This document shows, in pieces, positions 62,464 through 64,000 of a stretch of 64,000 nt of DNA. How positions within the stretch are numbered: the stretch's first letter is position 1; every line of letters begins with the position of its first letter. Both the position numbers and the translations under genes were made by a program. The DNA is from Candidatus Woesearchaeota archaeon (GTDB lineage: Archaea > Nanobdellota > Nanobdellia > Pacearchaeales > GW2011-AR1). Below the pieces are notes generated by a model. It was not told the origin of the DNA and did not search any database. It worked only from the letters and a program-made list of their open reading frames with translations. The stretch lies in assembly GCA_964651965.1 (NCBI GenBank), contig CAZYZS010000003.1, positions 36,625 to 100,624 of the forward strand, given 5' to 3'.

Positions 62464-62619
62464 TATCGGACAAAGAAAGCCCGATTATTAAATTTTTGCA
62501 ATTATTATAATTTTAGAATAAATGTTGCTATATGCCCCTAAAGGTAATGTTATACAAAATAAATTTTGGAGCGCTAATAAGCAATATTTATATAAATGCA
62601 ATTGTATTTTTAACTTATT

Positions 62620-63315
62620 ATGAGAATTAAGACTTACTTGAATTGCACTGAGCAAGATATCAAATCAAAAAAGTTTAACATTTTTGTAGGTATCAGTTTA
62701 GGGAACAAGTATTTTACCAAAGAAAATATTAAAAAGTATATTTTTTGGGCTTTGGAAAATACTAAAGAAGATGTTTTAGTTTTAATCGCAGATAAAAACC
62801 ACGCAATAAATTATGAAGTTCTCAATGATTACAGTCATGAAAGAGCTCTACAAGTCGCATTAAGAAAGGGTTTAGAAATTGAAGAATCTGTTAAAAAAAT
62901 AGTACGTGGGCTACCAAAAGAAAAACACCATCTTATTAAAATTTGCAAATGGGATGATGCAAGAAAGTCCTTTTATTATCAAAACAAAATAAAAATTTTT
63001 CTTGATGAATTTAGAGAAAATATCAAATTCCACGATTTCATAATAAAAATTGTTCAAGAGAATTTAGGAGAAAAGGCAATCAATTTAGATGTTGAACAAT
63101 TAGAAAAATTGTCTTTGTACATTCTTGATGAATGTCCAATTTTTTTGAATGGCGTGGAATTTGATGGAAAAATTTATGATTTACATCCTTATCCAGGGCT
63201 TTCTTGCTTTGATGATTTACTAATAGATTTGCAAAATGGAAAAATGTTCCCTAATCTTGCAAAGAGGTTAGAGATAAAAAATAAGATTGCAGAAGTAGAA
63301 GCTTACGTTGAATAG
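62620..63315 (+). CDS. tRNA-dependent cyclodipeptide synthase (CDPS)
   Basis: FNIFVGISLGNKYFTKENIKKYIFWAL...DVLVLIADK versus AlbC ALIGISAGNSYFSQKNTVMLLQWAG (recalled). LYILDECPIF versus NYVLAEAPLF (Y178/E182). A Tyr-Pro pair lies 20 residues after that Glu (XYP-type). Confidence 0.7.
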   Translation: MRIKTYLNCTEQDIKSKKFNIFVGISLGNKYFTKENIKKYIFWALENTKEDVLVLIADKNHAINYEVLNDYSHERALQVALRKGLEIEESVKKIVRGLPKEKHHLIKICKWDDARKSFYYQNKIKIFLDEFRENIKFHDFIIKIVQENLGEKAINLDVEQLEKLSLYILDECPIFLNGVEFDGKIYDLHPYPGLSCFDDLLIDLQNGKMFPNLAKRLEIKNKIAEVEAYVE

Positions 63316-63441
63316 ACCGGCGCCAAAATCTGCTCAAGGGAAAGCTGCGCTACGAAAACTTCTTTTATCCAATAGGTTCAACTCCCCCACTAATGTAAAA
63401 TATATAAACTCTTTTTCCATTATCAGGTTATAAAAAAGAAC

Positions 63442-64000
63442 ATGAAATACTCTCTACTCTGCGAAGTATACGAAGCTCTTGAAAGCCATGCTTCTCGACT
63501 GGAAAAAACAGAGATCCTAGCGGATTTCCTGAAAAAAATAAAGAGTGAAAAAAATAAAGATATTATTTATCTCCTGCAGGGAAGGATTTTTCCTGATTAT
63601 GATAATAGAGAAATTGGAATTTCAACTCAGCTAGTAATGAAAGCTCTTTCACGCTCTACAGGCTTATCTGCAGGTGAAATAGAAAAGCACTGGAAGAAAT
63701 TAGGAGATTTAGGATTAGTCGCAGAACTTATAACATCAAAAAAAAGGCAGTCAACTCTCTCTTCTTCCCAACTTACAACAGAAAAAGTACTAACAAACCT
63801 GCAAAAACTTCCTGCGTTAGAAGGAAAAGGGACAGTAGACAAAAAAATGGCTTTAATTTCAGAATTATTAACCTCTGCTTCACCTAAAGAAGCAAAATAC
63901 ATTGTCAGGACCCTTCTCTCAGACTTAAGAATCGGGACAGGCGCAGGAACTCTAAGAGACTCTATTGTCTGGGCTTGCTTTGACAAAGAAAACAAAGAAG
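63442..64000 (+). CDS. lig: ATP-dependent DNA ligase, N-terminal (DNA-binding domain) part; continues past window end
   Basis: My translation: MKYSLLCEVYEALESHASRLEKTEILADFLKKI...LLQGRIFPDYDNREIGIS...GDLGLVAE...KYIVRTLLSDLRIGTGAGTLRDSI, typical of archaeal Lig N-termini. The frame is anchored on ORF-track coordinate 63627. Confidence 0.75.
   Translation, partial: MKYSLLCEVYEALESHASRLEKTEILADFLKKIKSEKNKDIIYLLQGRIFPDYDNREIGISTQLVMKALSRSTGLSAGEIEKHWKKLGDLGLVAELITSKKRQSTLSSSQLTTEKVLTNLQKLPALEGKGTVDKKMALISELLTSASPKEAKYIVRTLLSDLRIGTGAGTLRDSIVWACFDKENKE

Noticed and set aside
63627-63995. 122-aa minus-strand ORF
   Set aside because: It is antisense to the DNA ligase N-terminal domain, which is clearly recognisable on the plus strand from 63442.
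1-64000. Possibility that the bacterial-type genes (sigma-28, LpxC-like, CDPS, FmdB-like) reflect a chimeric or contaminated contig
   Set aside because: Each is flanked within a few hundred bp on both sides by archaeal markers (intron-containing tRNAs, L15e, DNA ligase, RadB, minD/metG) and uses the same TATA-like upstream geometry. Read-level verification is still advised.
1-64000. CRISPR arrays, rRNA genes, transposases, integrases, reverse transcriptase/DGR
   Set aside because: I looked for regularly spaced repeats and the relevant protein motifs and saw none. The only exact repeat noted is the 20-mer pair at 17251 and 17651.

Overview
Gene-dense, AT-rich fragment (roughly one-third G+C by eye; about 90 genes, nearly all of it coding) of an archaeal chromosome. 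Archaeal identity rests on TFS, RpoL, aRF1, RadB, L15e, NAC, Sec61-beta, archaeal-type SAM synthetase, S26B signal peptidase, a CDC48 N-domain, an ATP-dependent DNA ligase and four tRNA genes that all carry introns. Small proteins, many orphan genes, Cys-rich secreted proteins and short 5' leaders suggest a DPANN-like lineage, but that is inference only. Housekeeping content: serS, valS, metG, topA, nth, nfi, pcm, scpB, a purL-purQ-purD-purN block, and tRNA-Lys(CUU), Val(CAC), Gly(CCC) and Ile(GAU). I found no rRNA, CRISPR array, transposase or integrase. The interesting content is a set of bacterial-type or orphan insertions among these genes. (1) An intact sigma-28 (FliA/WhiG) sigma factor sits just after a minD-like ATPase and near the 3' end of tRNA-Val. 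(2) A tRNA-dependent cyclodipeptide synthase is divergent from an acyltransferase-3 / homospermidine-synthase-like / MFS operon. (3) An LpxC-family deacetylase homologue keeps its catalytic residues and follows a NUDIX gene. (4) A tRNA-Lys-adjacent cluster encodes a deoxyribosyltransferase-like protein, a DUF6884-like/GIY-YIG fusion and a Toprim protein. (5) A small ORF, a B12-binding radical SAM enzyme and an AbrB-like peptide form a unit divergent from a TrmB regulator. (6) A single-gene segment is bracketed by exact 20-nt direct repeats 400 bp apart. (7) Visibly more G+C-rich, Arg-rich small orphan genes are scattered through the window. All family assignments come from reading motifs by eye; no searches were run.
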